Positions 1 through 8,738 of a DNA stretch of 64,000 nt are shown piece after piece. The position numbers and the translations under genes were made by a program. Each line of letters opens with the position of its first letter. The first letter of the stretch is position 1. Origin of the DNA: Candidatus Marinacidobacterales bacterium (lineage in GTDB: Bacteria > Acidobacteriota > Vicinamibacteria > Marinacidobacterales > SMYC01); contig CBDCYI010000004.1 of assembly GCA_965224085.1 (NCBI GenBank), positions 1,280,001 through 1,344,000 on the forward strand, given 5' to 3'. The notes below the pieces were generated by a model. It was not told the origin of the DNA and did no database searches. It saw only the letters and a program-made list of their open reading frames with translations.

Positions 1-39
1 CGCGGACGGTGTCGTCGGCGAGTCGAACCATGTCGCCGA

Positions 40-277
40 GGAGCGGTGGACAGGCCCAGGACATCTTCTCGCGCTGCCGCGTGAAAGGGTTCGTGTGCGA
101 CGTGGAAGTGCTCTACCTGGCGCGCCGACTGGGCTACCAGGCCCGGGGATGCCGGCTACCTGGGCTCCCGTCCCCGAAAGCCGAGTCCATCCGATCTCGG
201 ACTCCATGGGGATGTTGCTGGATGTTACACTCATTCGCCTGTCGCCTGGTTGGGCTTGTAATCGACGTGATCCATGA
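40..277 (+). pseudogene. C-terminal fragment of GT2 dolichyl-phosphate glucosyltransferase-like protein (frameshifted)
   Basis: AQDIFSRCRVKGFVCDVEVLYLARRLGY then frame change to MPATWAPVPESRVHPISDSMGMLLDV, a typical Alg5/DPM-like tail. Confidence 0.6.
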
Positions 278-304
278 CCGGCGAGTCGCACCGGCGCCCG
301 AGCC

Positions 305-2552
305 ATGATGCGTTTACGTAGCCTGCTGGTAGCGTTGTTTCTCTATACCCTCCTCCTCTTCGCTTCCTTTTATCCCGAATCCTTCAAGCCGGCGGATACG
401 ATCGCCTACATCGGCGACGCGCTGGAAAGCGTCTATCTCGTGGCCTGGAACGTTCATCAATTCTTCCGCTCGCCATTCGAGCTCTTCGAGGCGAATTTTC
501 TCTACCCCAATCCCCGAGCGCTCGCATTCACCGATCACCGGCTCCTCCCCCTCTCTTCTGGTCGCGCCGGTAATCTGGATCTCTCGGAACCCGGTGCTTG
601 CTTACAATGTCGCGTTGGCGCTCGGCTCGTTGCTGGCCGCTTTTGCCGCACGAAGCTTGGCGCGACAGCTGGGGGCGAACGATCTCGGAGCCTGGACGGC
701 GGGAGCGCTCTACGCGTTTCACACCTACCAGATACACGAAGCTCCTCGGCTCAATATCATTTTTCATGGATTTCTACCCCTCGCCCTCGGGCAGTTGTTG
801 CTCCTACTTTCGACGGGGAAACGAAAGCACGCTCTGGGAACGGGCGCGTTCATGCTCTTACAGGGTTTGAGCGCTAACTATCATCTGCTTTATGGGTCCT
901 TGTTATTGGGCCTTACGTTTGTCGTCTTTCTCATCGCAAGACCGGGCCCGACCCTTCGTCGTCTCCCCAGCTTGTTCCTGGTCGCTTTTTTGGCCGGGAT
1001 GCTTTATTTTCCGTTTGCCTGGCCCTATCTCGAAAACTCCACCGCCCACGACTATCACCGCGAGCTACCGCGGGGCATCGACCTCCAGCACTATGTGACC
1101 ACTCGCCCGACGAATTTCGTGTACGGTCCCATGGGCGCCGAGTTTCGCCTCCAGCAGAGAGGGCCGCACTTCGTCGGGTTTGTTTCGCTCGCTCTGGGAT
1201 TGCTCGCCCTTGGGCTCGTGAGTCGACGTCAAAAAGAAGCATCGTCCGGGCTGTTGCCGGACAAGCTCTGGGTGCCGGCGGCGGCCGGTTTTTTTCTCCT
1301 CTTTCAGACGTTGGCCCTGGGAAGAGATATCGAAGCCTGGGGGATGACGCTCGGACCCGGACCTTATCGTATTTTGTATCACGTGGTGCCCGGCTTTCAG
1401 CTGGTGCGCATTCCCGAGTGGCTGAGCCTCCTCGCCATGCTGTTCCTCGCTCTGCTGGTGGCGGGGGCACTCAGCCGAATCAGCCGGGCCGGCTATCGGT
1501 CGCTCGGCGTGCTGCTCGCGGCCCTGGTTCCCCTCGAGCACCTGTCGACTATGCCGCATATCGATCGAATTCCGATTGGCGAGGATGTCCCAGCCGTCTA
1601 TCGATGGCTCGAGGGCGACCGGGCCCAGGCCATCGCCGAAGTACCGGTTCATGGCCAAGGGTTGGTCCGCAAGGAAACACTCGAGATGTACTTCTCGACC
1701 TATCACTACAAACCGCTCATCCATGGCTACACGGCTTTCCCTCCCGCCTTGTCCGGCTTGCTCCGAAAGATGGGCAAGGATTTCCCGTCCGAAGCCAGTC
1801 TGCAAGTTTTCCAGCGAGTTGGAGTAGATACGATTATTCTACACCGGGGTCGAGACGCGGAGCTCGATCGGCGTGTCCGTGATTGGGTCGAGGCAGGACG
1901 ATTGAGGCAAGAGGCCCGGTTCGCCGGGAGTCGGGCCAGGGTCTACGAGGGAACCGAAGACATCGTCTACCGGCTGGTGCCCGGCCCAGCTGTCGACCCG
2001 GCACCCTTCCCGGGAGGGCGTCGACTGCGAGCGGCGAACTTCCGCTACCGCACGAAAGTCGGCGATCCGGCCCCGGCCGCCGACGGCGATGTGACGACCG
2101 CCTGGGAAGTGCGACGGCCGCTGAACGGCGACGAGTTCTACGAGATCACCTTTGACGAAGCCCGTCCGGTGAGTGGCCTCGTGATGGTACTCGGCCGGAA
2201 CAGCGCTTTTCCCAATCGTTTCAAGATCGCCGGGCGGCAACCGAACGGTGAGTGGCTCTCTCTGCGCTGGTTCGACGCGGCCCATGCGCTACAACTTCTG
2301 GAATCTCTGAGGGCTTCCCCTCCTCGGCTGCGTTTGGGGTTCGATCTCGGAGGCCGGGAGCTCACCGGTTTACGGATCATGATAGAAGAGGGCGGGAAGA
2401 GCTTCTTCGGCTGGTCGATCCCGGAGATTGAGGTCCGGGTCCCGGACGCATCCCAGTCGGCTCTCTTACTCGGTGCCGCTCGGAGTCGGTCCGTCAAGCC
2501 GATAGATGATCCAATCCAGGTTCTCGTAGAGTCGAGGGAGCGGCGCGATTGA
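305..2552 (+). CDS. Polytopic membrane protein (GT-C/YfhO-like) with C-terminal discoidin-like domain; one frameshift
   Basis: ORFs 305..877 and 594..2552 join if one C is removed from the CCCCC run at ~547-551 (RLLPSLLVAPVIWISRNPVLAYN); many TM helices; AADGDVTTAW discoidin-like motif. Confidence 0.65.
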
Positions 2553-2591
2553 AATTATGTCCTCGCTGGACCCACGGTGAAAGAACCCCGC

Positions 2592-2620
2592 TTGATATAT
2601 ATCTGATCAAGATATATAAT
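2592..2620 (+). promoter_or_regulatory. sigma70 promoter with overlapping palindromic operator
   Basis: TTGATA-17bp-TATAAT; inverted repeat TATATATCT-N5-AGATATATA at 2596-2618. Confidence 0.75.
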
Positions 2621-2626
2621 AAATGT

Positions 2627-2854
2627 ATGAAACAGATATCTATTCATGTCGCGGAAGAGGAATACGAGGAGCTCAAGCTATTGGCGGCGACTCGACGCGA
2701 GCCCGTGGCTCAACTCATACGCAAAGCGATGCGAGCCTTTCTCGAGTCTGAGAGAGCGAGCGAATCGATGCGGGGCCTCCGGGCGCACGACAGTGGCAAT
2801 CTGCTCAGGAAATGGAGCCGAGACGAGATATACGACGAGATGCTCGACCGATGA
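2627..2854 (+). CDS. CopG/RHH antitoxin (VapB-like)
   Basis: MKQISIHVAEEEYEELKLLA...VAQLIRKAM ribbon-helix-helix; ATGA overlap with the PIN gene. Confidence 0.8.
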   Translation: MKQISIHVAEEEYEELKLLAATRREPVAQLIRKAMRAFLESERASESMRGLRAHDSGNLLRKWSRDEIYDEMLDR

Positions 2855-3300
2855 GCCGCGACACGGTCGCGCTCGATACCGATGTGCTCGTTCATTGGTC
2901 CATGAGCGGGTGCGAGCATCATCGCGCCATGCGCCGTTGGGTTGACGCAGGCCTTGAGCGAGGACAACGCCTCGGGCTCACACACCAAGTGCTTTACGAG
3001 TTCATCCACATTGCTACCGATCCACGACGTTTTGAACGTCCCATGGCGATGCAGGCAGCCGTCGATTTCGTACGACGCCTCTGGACCGCGAGGGAGGTTG
3101 CACGACTGATTCCGCTGGTCGCCGTCGTGCCACGAGTTTGCGAGCTGGTCGAAACGTTTCAACTGGGTCGCAAGAGAGTCCTCGATACCGCGCTCGCAGC
3201 GACCATCGACGCGGCCGGTGTCACACGGATCGCAACCTTCAACTCGAGTGACTTTGCGGTCTTCCCTTTCTTGCAAGTCGAAGACCCGTCCACCGATTGA
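2851..3300 (+). CDS. vapC: PIN-domain toxin (VapC family)
   Basis: VALDTDVLV, VLYEF, VLDTALAA and TFNSSDF acidic PIN motifs. Confidence 0.85.
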   Translation: MSRDTVALDTDVLVHWSMSGCEHHRAMRRWVDAGLERGQRLGLTHQVLYEFIHIATDPRRFERPMAMQAAVDFVRRLWTAREVARLIPLVAVVPRVCELVETFQLGRKRVLDTALAATIDAAGVTRIATFNSSDFAVFPFLQVEDPSTD

Positions 3301-3320
3301 GTCGCTGCAAGTGACTCGGC

Positions 3321-3494
3321 ACTTATCCGCTCGCGGATTTCTTGACGAGAATTTGGGCGCTCAAGGACAATGTTTCAGCCTATGACGGCGCCTACGTGAG
3401 TCTCGCCGAGGCGCTCGGCGCCACTCTGTTGACTGGAGATCACCGACTGACCAAAGCCACGGGCACCCGAGCCGTTATCGAGCTACTCGAATAG
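3321..3494 (+). pseudogene. C-terminal fragment of a second VapC/PIN toxin
   Basis: TYPLADFLTRIWALKDNVSAYDGAYVSLAEALGATLLTGDHRL; no start or N-terminus. Confidence 0.7.
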
Positions 3495-3737
3495 TCTCGA
3501 CACGTCAGCGTGGATCACCGAATCGGCGAGCGCCGAACGGAACACCCCCGTTCGCGTGAAGGACGTCTATTCGATGAAGAGCTTCACTTCGCCGCTTTCT
3601 TTCAGCGAAATAACCGTTTGGATGCCGGTCTGAATCTCTTCCTGTTTCAAGTGATGGGATGGACTCCTCCGCTGACATAGACGGCATCGATGTGCCAAAG
3701 TCAGTCGAAAGAACGCATCGAAAAAGGAGGAGTCCGA

Positions 3738-4772
3738 ATGAAAGATACGACGATCGCTGTGGGTCTTGCAAAGAACGTCTTCGAGATTGCCATCTCGCGC
3801 GAAGCGGGGAAGGTGTCCAAGCAACTCCGTGTGAGTCGACCCAAGTTGGTGTCGTTTTTTGCGAAACAGAGCGCTGCCACCGTGCTTCTTGAAGCCTGCG
3901 GCTCGGCTCACTTCTGGGCAAGGACGTTGCAACGGTTGGGACACGACGTCGTCCTGCTCCCACCTCACCTCGTAAGGCCGTATCGACGCGGGAGCAAGAA
4001 CGACCGCGCGGACACCAAAGCTTTGCTCGAGGCTTACCGGAACGAGGAGATTCTTTCGGTGCCCATCAAGTCCGTGCGCCAGCACACCCTCGCCGCGCTC
4101 CATCGCCTACGCTCAGGATGGCTCTCCACACGGACCGCACGCATCAATGCCGTACGCGGGATCCTGCGCGAGCTCGGACTCTTCATCCCCAAGGGCGCTC
4201 ACTTCGTCGTGCCCGCCATCTCCGAACTCGTCGAAGACGCTGATTCTGATTTGCCCGACGTGCTCCGTCCGCACCTGCGTGATGCGTGCTCCGAGATTCG
4301 AGAGCTCAAGGACAAGTGCGCTGGCATCGAGCACGAGCTCAAGGCGCTCGCCAAGCAGCTTCCTGAGGTGCAACGACTTCTCACCATTCCCGGCATCGGA
4401 CTTCTGACCGCGACCGCCATCGTCGGCTTCGTTGGGGATCTGCGCCGCTTCCCATCGGGACGCCGCTTCTCGAGTTACCTCGGCCTCGTTCCCAAAGAGA
4501 ACTCCAGTGGTGACATTCGCCGCCTCGGGCGCATCACCAAGCGTGGCGACTCCTACCTCCGTACGCTCCTCACGCAGGGCGGACGCGCCGTGCTCCGAGC
4601 GGCCAACGTCAGCAAGAGCCCGCCCGACAAGCTCCGCGCCTGGGCGCGGAAGGTCCACCGCTCGCGGGGACACAACAAAGCCGCGATTGCTGTCGCCAAC
4701 AAACTCGCCCGGATAGTCTGGGCCGTCTCCACCCGCGAGAGTGAATTCCAGTCGGTGCCCGCGGCCGCATAG
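3738..4772 (+). CDS. IS110/IS1111 DEDD recombinase (transposase)
   Basis: RBS AGGAGG; LEACGSAHFW, KNDRAD, IPGIG, SYLGLVPKENSSG, GRITKRGD, AVANKLAR; the first catalytic Asp reads Gly. Confidence 0.92.
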   Translation: MKDTTIAVGLAKNVFEIAISREAGKVSKQLRVSRPKLVSFFAKQSAATVLLEACGSAHFWARTLQRLGHDVVLLPPHLVRPYRRGSKNDRADTKALLEAYRNEEILSVPIKSVRQHTLAALHRLRSGWLSTRTARINAVRGILRELGLFIPKGAHFVVPAISELVEDADSDLPDVLRPHLRDACSEIRELKDKCAGIEHELKALAKQLPEVQRLLTIPGIGLLTATAIVGFVGDLRRFPSGRRFSSYLGLVPKENSSGDIRRLGRITKRGDSYLRTLLTQGGRAVLRAANVSKSPPDKLRAWARKVHRSRGHNKAAIAVANKLARIVWAVSTRESEFQSVPAAA

Positions 4773-4799
4773 AGGCTCCACTTTCGTGTTTTCCTTCTT

Positions 4800-4995
4800 C
4801 CCTTCCAACAGAGGCTGCGACGATACCCATCCAACTGATGGCGTACCGGTCGGACCGGCGCGGGGTCAAGCCGATAGCAACACTGGCCCTCAGAGGTCGC
4901 TCAAAGTGATTGGCTCCTCGCGCGCGGATTTTCCGTCATGGCCCGGAGCACCCAAGACGCTCCTCACTGAGGCCGTAGATATGTTTGCAGTCTGA
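4800..4995 (+). ncRNA. Putative bridge/seek RNA (target- and donor-binding loops)
   Basis: Two stem-internal loop-stem modules (4869-4915, 4924-4988) whose loops match the target and donor junction sequences; RNA ends are approximate. Confidence 0.75.
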
Positions 4996-5099
4996 CCCAC
5001 TCGTCACCGATTTGGACGAGCAGCTCTGAGGAAGACTTTTTTGAGAAAGGTGTTGATTGAGGAGTCCAGATATGTTGCTTGATCCGCGGCTTGGCGTCT

Positions 5100-7088
5100 T
5101 CATGGCTCTCCCGTGACTTGATCGCGAGGGAGGGCGAACGCGGTAAGCTTCGCGCCCTCACCGACTCCGTTCGCGATGACGACATATTGCTTGCCCGAAC
5201 GGCTGAGATAGGTCATGGGATTGGCGTTGCCCCGCTGCCCCAAGTCTCCTTCCCAGAGCTCCTCACCCGTCGCCTTGTCGAACGCGTAGAGTGTCGTACC
5301 ACCGCCGGTCAGGAACACCAGCCCGCCGCCGGTCACGATGGGGCCCGGCGCGCCGACGACTCCGAGCCGCTCGGGAAGTTCGATACCCCGAAGCGCTGGA
5401 TGGTTGCGCACTCGCGGCATGTCGCCCACCGGCACCTGCCAGAGGTGCTCTCCCGTGTCAAGATCGATCGCGGTCAATGTGCCGTAAGGCGGCTTGTGGA
5501 TGGGCAGCCCGTTTCGGAAGCTCAGACCCCGGCGTGCTCGGTCGATTTCGTAGTCGCCCTCGGTTCGGGCCGGATTCGCTTCCCTGATCGCGAGAAGGCT
5601 GGGCGTGTTGGAAGCTTTCACGTAAAGCACTCCAGTGTCTGGATCCGCGGCGGCACCACCCCAGTTCGCCCCGCCCACGACTCCCGGCATGATGATCGTG
5701 CCTTCTTGGGACGGCGGAGCGTACAGGGGACCGTAGTGGTAGTTCTTGATGAGCTCCTGCGCTTCGGCCTCGAGCTCGGGTGTAAAGTCGATGAGCTCGT
5801 CCTCGGTAAAACCTTGTCGAGCGAACGCGAGGGGTTTCGTGGGAAACGGCTGCGTCGGGGAGCTCTGCTCCCCAGGCACGTCGCTCTGCAGAACCGGACG
5901 CTCCTCGATCGGCCACACGGGCTTTCCGCTCACGCGGTCGAAGACATAAACGAACCCCATCTTCGAGGGAGCGGCCACAGCGTCGATGGTCCGCCCGTTC
6001 ACTTCGATCGTAAGGAGCGTCGGCGGTGAGCCGAGGTCGTAGTCCCACAGCCCGTGGTGCACTGCCTGAAAGTGCCAGAGGTGCCGGCCGCTGCTCGCGT
6101 CCAGACAAAGGAGGCTTTCGGCGAACAAGTTGTCCCCTTTGCGGTGCCCCCCGTAATAGTCGTTGCTCGGCGTCCCCACGGGGAGATAGAGAAGGCCCCT
6201 AGTCTCGTCCAGCGTGAACGGAGCCCAGACGTTGGTGTGCCCCGTGTAGCGCCACGAGCCGTCCTCCCAGGTCTCGTTGCCGAACTCTCCGTCCTGCGGG
6301 ATGAGATTGAAGCTCCACGCCAGCTCCCCGGTGTGGACGTCGAAAGCCATGACGTTCCCTGGAGGATCCCGGCGGTAGACAAAACCGTCCCACACGCCGT
6401 TTCCGAGGATAACGAGATCTTCGTAAACGACCGGCGGTGACGTCTGTGTGTAGTGGAGGCGGTTGGTGTGCCACGTCGCGTGCTCGGTGAGATCGATTTC
6501 CCCTCGATGACCGAAGCTTCGAATCGGCTCACCGGTCGACGCATCGAGAGCGATCAAGCGCCATCGGCTGTTGAGGAAGATGCGTCGCTCGTTCCCGCGC
6601 GTCCAGGCCGCCACGCCGCGATGGACGAATCCCATTCCGTTCGGCACTCGGCCCCAATCATAGGCCCGCGGATCGTAACTCCAGATTTCTTCCCCGGTAT
6701 CGCTATCGAGTGCCACGACCCGGTTGTAAGGAGTACTGAGATACATCACGTCTTCCAGGACGAGGGGTGTCGCTTCGAAGCCTGCCGGCCGGACGGCCTG
6801 CCCGGGAATCGGCTGCTGGGGCCCAGGAATCGGCTTCTCTCCCGTGTCCCACGTCCAAGCGACTTCGAGACTGCTGACGTTCTCACGGTTGATCTGGGTG
6901 AGAGGAGAGTATTTCTTGCCGCCCGCATCTCCTCCGAAGACGGGCCAATCGCCCTCTTCCACACTGGCGCGCGGCGCGGCGCAGGCCGCGAGCGTGCCGG
7001 TCAGAACCCAGAAGAGCGGTCTTTTTAATCGCGAGCGTAGATTCCAAGTTACGGCGTTCCTCGTTCGGTCTTTGGCATCGACAGACAT
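5100..7088 (-). CDS. PQQ-dependent (glucose/quinate-type) dehydrogenase, lipoprotein
   Basis: YSPLTQIN, FEATPL, HHGLWDYD, GGANWGG, ANPMTY..GKQYVVI; LAAC lipobox; ATG 7088 follows the upstream stop. Confidence 0.9.
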   Translation of the reverse strand: MSVDAKDRTRNAVTWNLRSRLKRPLFWVLTGTLAACAAPRASVEEGDWPVFGGDAGGKKYSPLTQINRENVSSLEVAWTWDTGEKPIPGPQQPIPGQAVRPAGFEATPLVLEDVMYLSTPYNRVVALDSDTGEEIWSYDPRAYDWGRVPNGMGFVHRGVAAWTRGNERRIFLNSRWRLIALDASTGEPIRSFGHRGEIDLTEHATWHTNRLHYTQTSPPVVYEDLVILGNGVWDGFVYRRDPPGNVMAFDVHTGELAWSFNLIPQDGEFGNETWEDGSWRYTGHTNVWAPFTLDETRGLLYLPVGTPSNDYYGGHRKGDNLFAESLLCLDASSGRHLWHFQAVHHGLWDYDLGSPPTLLTIEVNGRTIDAVAAPSKMGFVYVFDRVSGKPVWPIEERPVLQSDVPGEQSSPTQPFPTKPLAFARQGFTEDELIDFTPELEAEAQELIKNYHYGPLYAPPSQEGTIIMPGVVGGANWGGAAADPDTGVLYVKASNTPSLLAIREANPARTEGDYEIDRARRGLSFRNGLPIHKPPYGTLTAIDLDTGEHLWQVPVGDMPRVRNHPALRGIELPERLGVVGAPGPIVTGGGLVFLTGGGTTLYAFDKATGEELWEGDLGQRGNANPMTYLSRSGKQYVVIANGVGEGAKLTAFALPRDQVTGEP

Positions 7089-7089
7089 G

Positions 7090-7575
7090 TTAACGGCCTC
7101 TGAGCCCGGACCGGAGGCGGAGAGCCTGTTTCCTTCCTTCCGCCGCATCCGCTACGGGAGCATCTTCCCATTGGTAGGTTCGCTCGTTGGCGTATTCTTC
7201 GAACCATTCCAGCTCCGCGTTCATCTTGAACAGCTGATGACGTAGCTCCCTCCAGCCGTGCGGCTCCCTTGGCGCGATGTAGAGACGCGTTGGAACCCCG
7301 TTTGCTTTGAGCGCCCGGTACAGCTCCACCGATCGGGGCGACGGGACGCGGACGTCTTTCTCGCCCACCAGGATTAGAATCGGCGTCTTGATCTTCGCGA
7401 CGTCCTTTAACGGGGACTGCTCCCAGTAGAGATCGGTCGGCGCATCTTTCTGCCAAGGAGTACCTCGAAACCAGGGTGTGCGGTAATAGCGCACGTCACT
7501 CTGCGCGTACATGGACACGAAGTTCACGATGCCGGCCCCCGAAGAAGCGGCCTTGAAACGATCGGTCATGGTAAG
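7090..7575 (-). pseudogene. C-terminal fragment of S9 prolyl oligopeptidase
   Basis: TDRFKAASSGAG, TPILILVGEKDVRVP, PREPHG; the nucleophile GxSxG region is missing. Confidence 0.8.
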
Positions 7576-7677
7576 AGCCGCTCGGTTGAGATCGTACTCC
7601 GTAGGACAGCCGGAAGTCGAGAGCGAGGCGATGCGCTTTTCTCGGGGGGTCCGGGCGATGGTCCTCTCCACTTCCAT

Positions 7678-7793
7678 TTGCGGGCTGGATCGTCATGCTG
7701 AGTAGCGTCGTCCAAACCCAATGGGTGACTGAAGGGGACCACACGTACGTCGAAATCGAGGGGCTAGGAACGGCGGACGCGCGTTTCGTGTGA
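7678..7793 (+). pseudogene. C-terminal fragment of FAA-hydrolase/2-keto-4-pentenoate hydratase-like protein
   Basis: IVMLSSVVQTQWVTEGDHTYVEIEGLGTADARFV*. Confidence 0.45.
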
Positions 7794-7941
7794 GGTCGCC
7801 GCCCTCGGTTGTCACGGCGGGCGGTTGGTGGCACAGTTCGAGGCGCCATGGCTATCAAATTTTCCTCCGTCCCGTCGTCGGCTGTGAATCCGAACCCCTA
7901 CCTCGTTTTACTTGCGCTTTTAACCCTAATCGAACAATAAT

Positions 7942-8240
7942 TCATGACGCTAGCGCGAGTTCGATTCTTTCAAAGAGTGTCTGAGTGGAGGAGTTTGTGG
8001 CCATTCGGAGCGCGTTTCGACCACTAACGCGAACGAGGCGGCCGGCTTTGTTGATGATGCGGAAGCGGATGGTGCGGATGGTGTGCAGCAGATGGGTGCA
8101 TGTACGCTTTCGAGAGATGCCTTTCGTTTCGGCGATGGTGTCGAGCTGAAAGCTGCGACACAGGTTGTGTGCGAGCACGTTCAACTGTTGCCAGGCGCTA
8201 TTGGCGGCATAGCTTTTAGTGGGCACGACGTCGAGAGCGA
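7942..8240 (-). mobile_element. IS1380-family transposase C-terminal remnant
   Basis: PTKSYAANSAWQQLNVLAHNL...TIRFRIINKAGRLVR. Confidence 0.8.
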
Positions 8241-8249
8241 ACTAGTGCG

Positions 8250-8654
8250 CGTTCGATCTTTGCGATGGATAGGCTCGAGCTCGTGCACAACGGGGAAATC
8301 ATCCGCACCGTCGAGTCGGACGGCGGCAAGACCATCGAGGGAAGCTGGGAGCTCACGGTCGAGTCGAGCGGATGGCTCGCGGTGCGTGTTCTCGGCCCAC
8401 CGCAACACGGAGCGATGGATAGCTACCTCTTCGCCCATACGAACCCGGTATACGTGGTCGCTGACGGCGCGCCGATCCGCTCATCGAGCGACGCCCTCTT
8501 CTTCGTGAATTGGATCGACGACACGATCCGTCAGCTGCAGTCGTTGGATCGATGGGACGACCCAGCGCACAAAGCCGAGGTGTTGGCTACGTTCGAAAAG
8601 GCTCGTGACCTCTATCGCGACCAGGCAGGGACGGAAGCGTCGAACTCCCGTTGA
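8250..8654 (+). pseudogene. C-terminal fragment of CehA/McbA-like metallohydrolase
   Basis: LELVHNGEII...SGWLAVRV...FAHTNPVYV...DALFFVNWID. Confidence 0.65.
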
Positions 8655-8738
8655 CCCGCGACGGGTGGCCGCCGTCCAACGCGATGGGACAACCATAGAA
8701 AAAACACCGCCGCTGCCGAGGGTCGGTGGCGTGCTGCA

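Larger units (their letters stand above)
3652..5074 (+). mobile_element. IS110-family, IS1111-group insertion sequence
   Basis: Sub-terminal 10-bp IRs TGGACTCCTC (3660-3669) / GAGGAGTCCA (5059-5068); TG core at 3652-53 and 5073-74; long 3' non-coding end; excision restores an ORF. Confidence 0.9.

Noticed and set aside
545-552. Programmed frameshift or phase variation in the membrane protein and ABC permease
   Set aside because: Short C/G homopolymers with +1 indels are better explained by sequencing error or decay
5040-5074. Junction promoter formed on IS circularisation
   Set aside because: TTGATT to TATGAT spacing would be 12 bp, and at 17 bp the -10 is TGGGAT; not convincing
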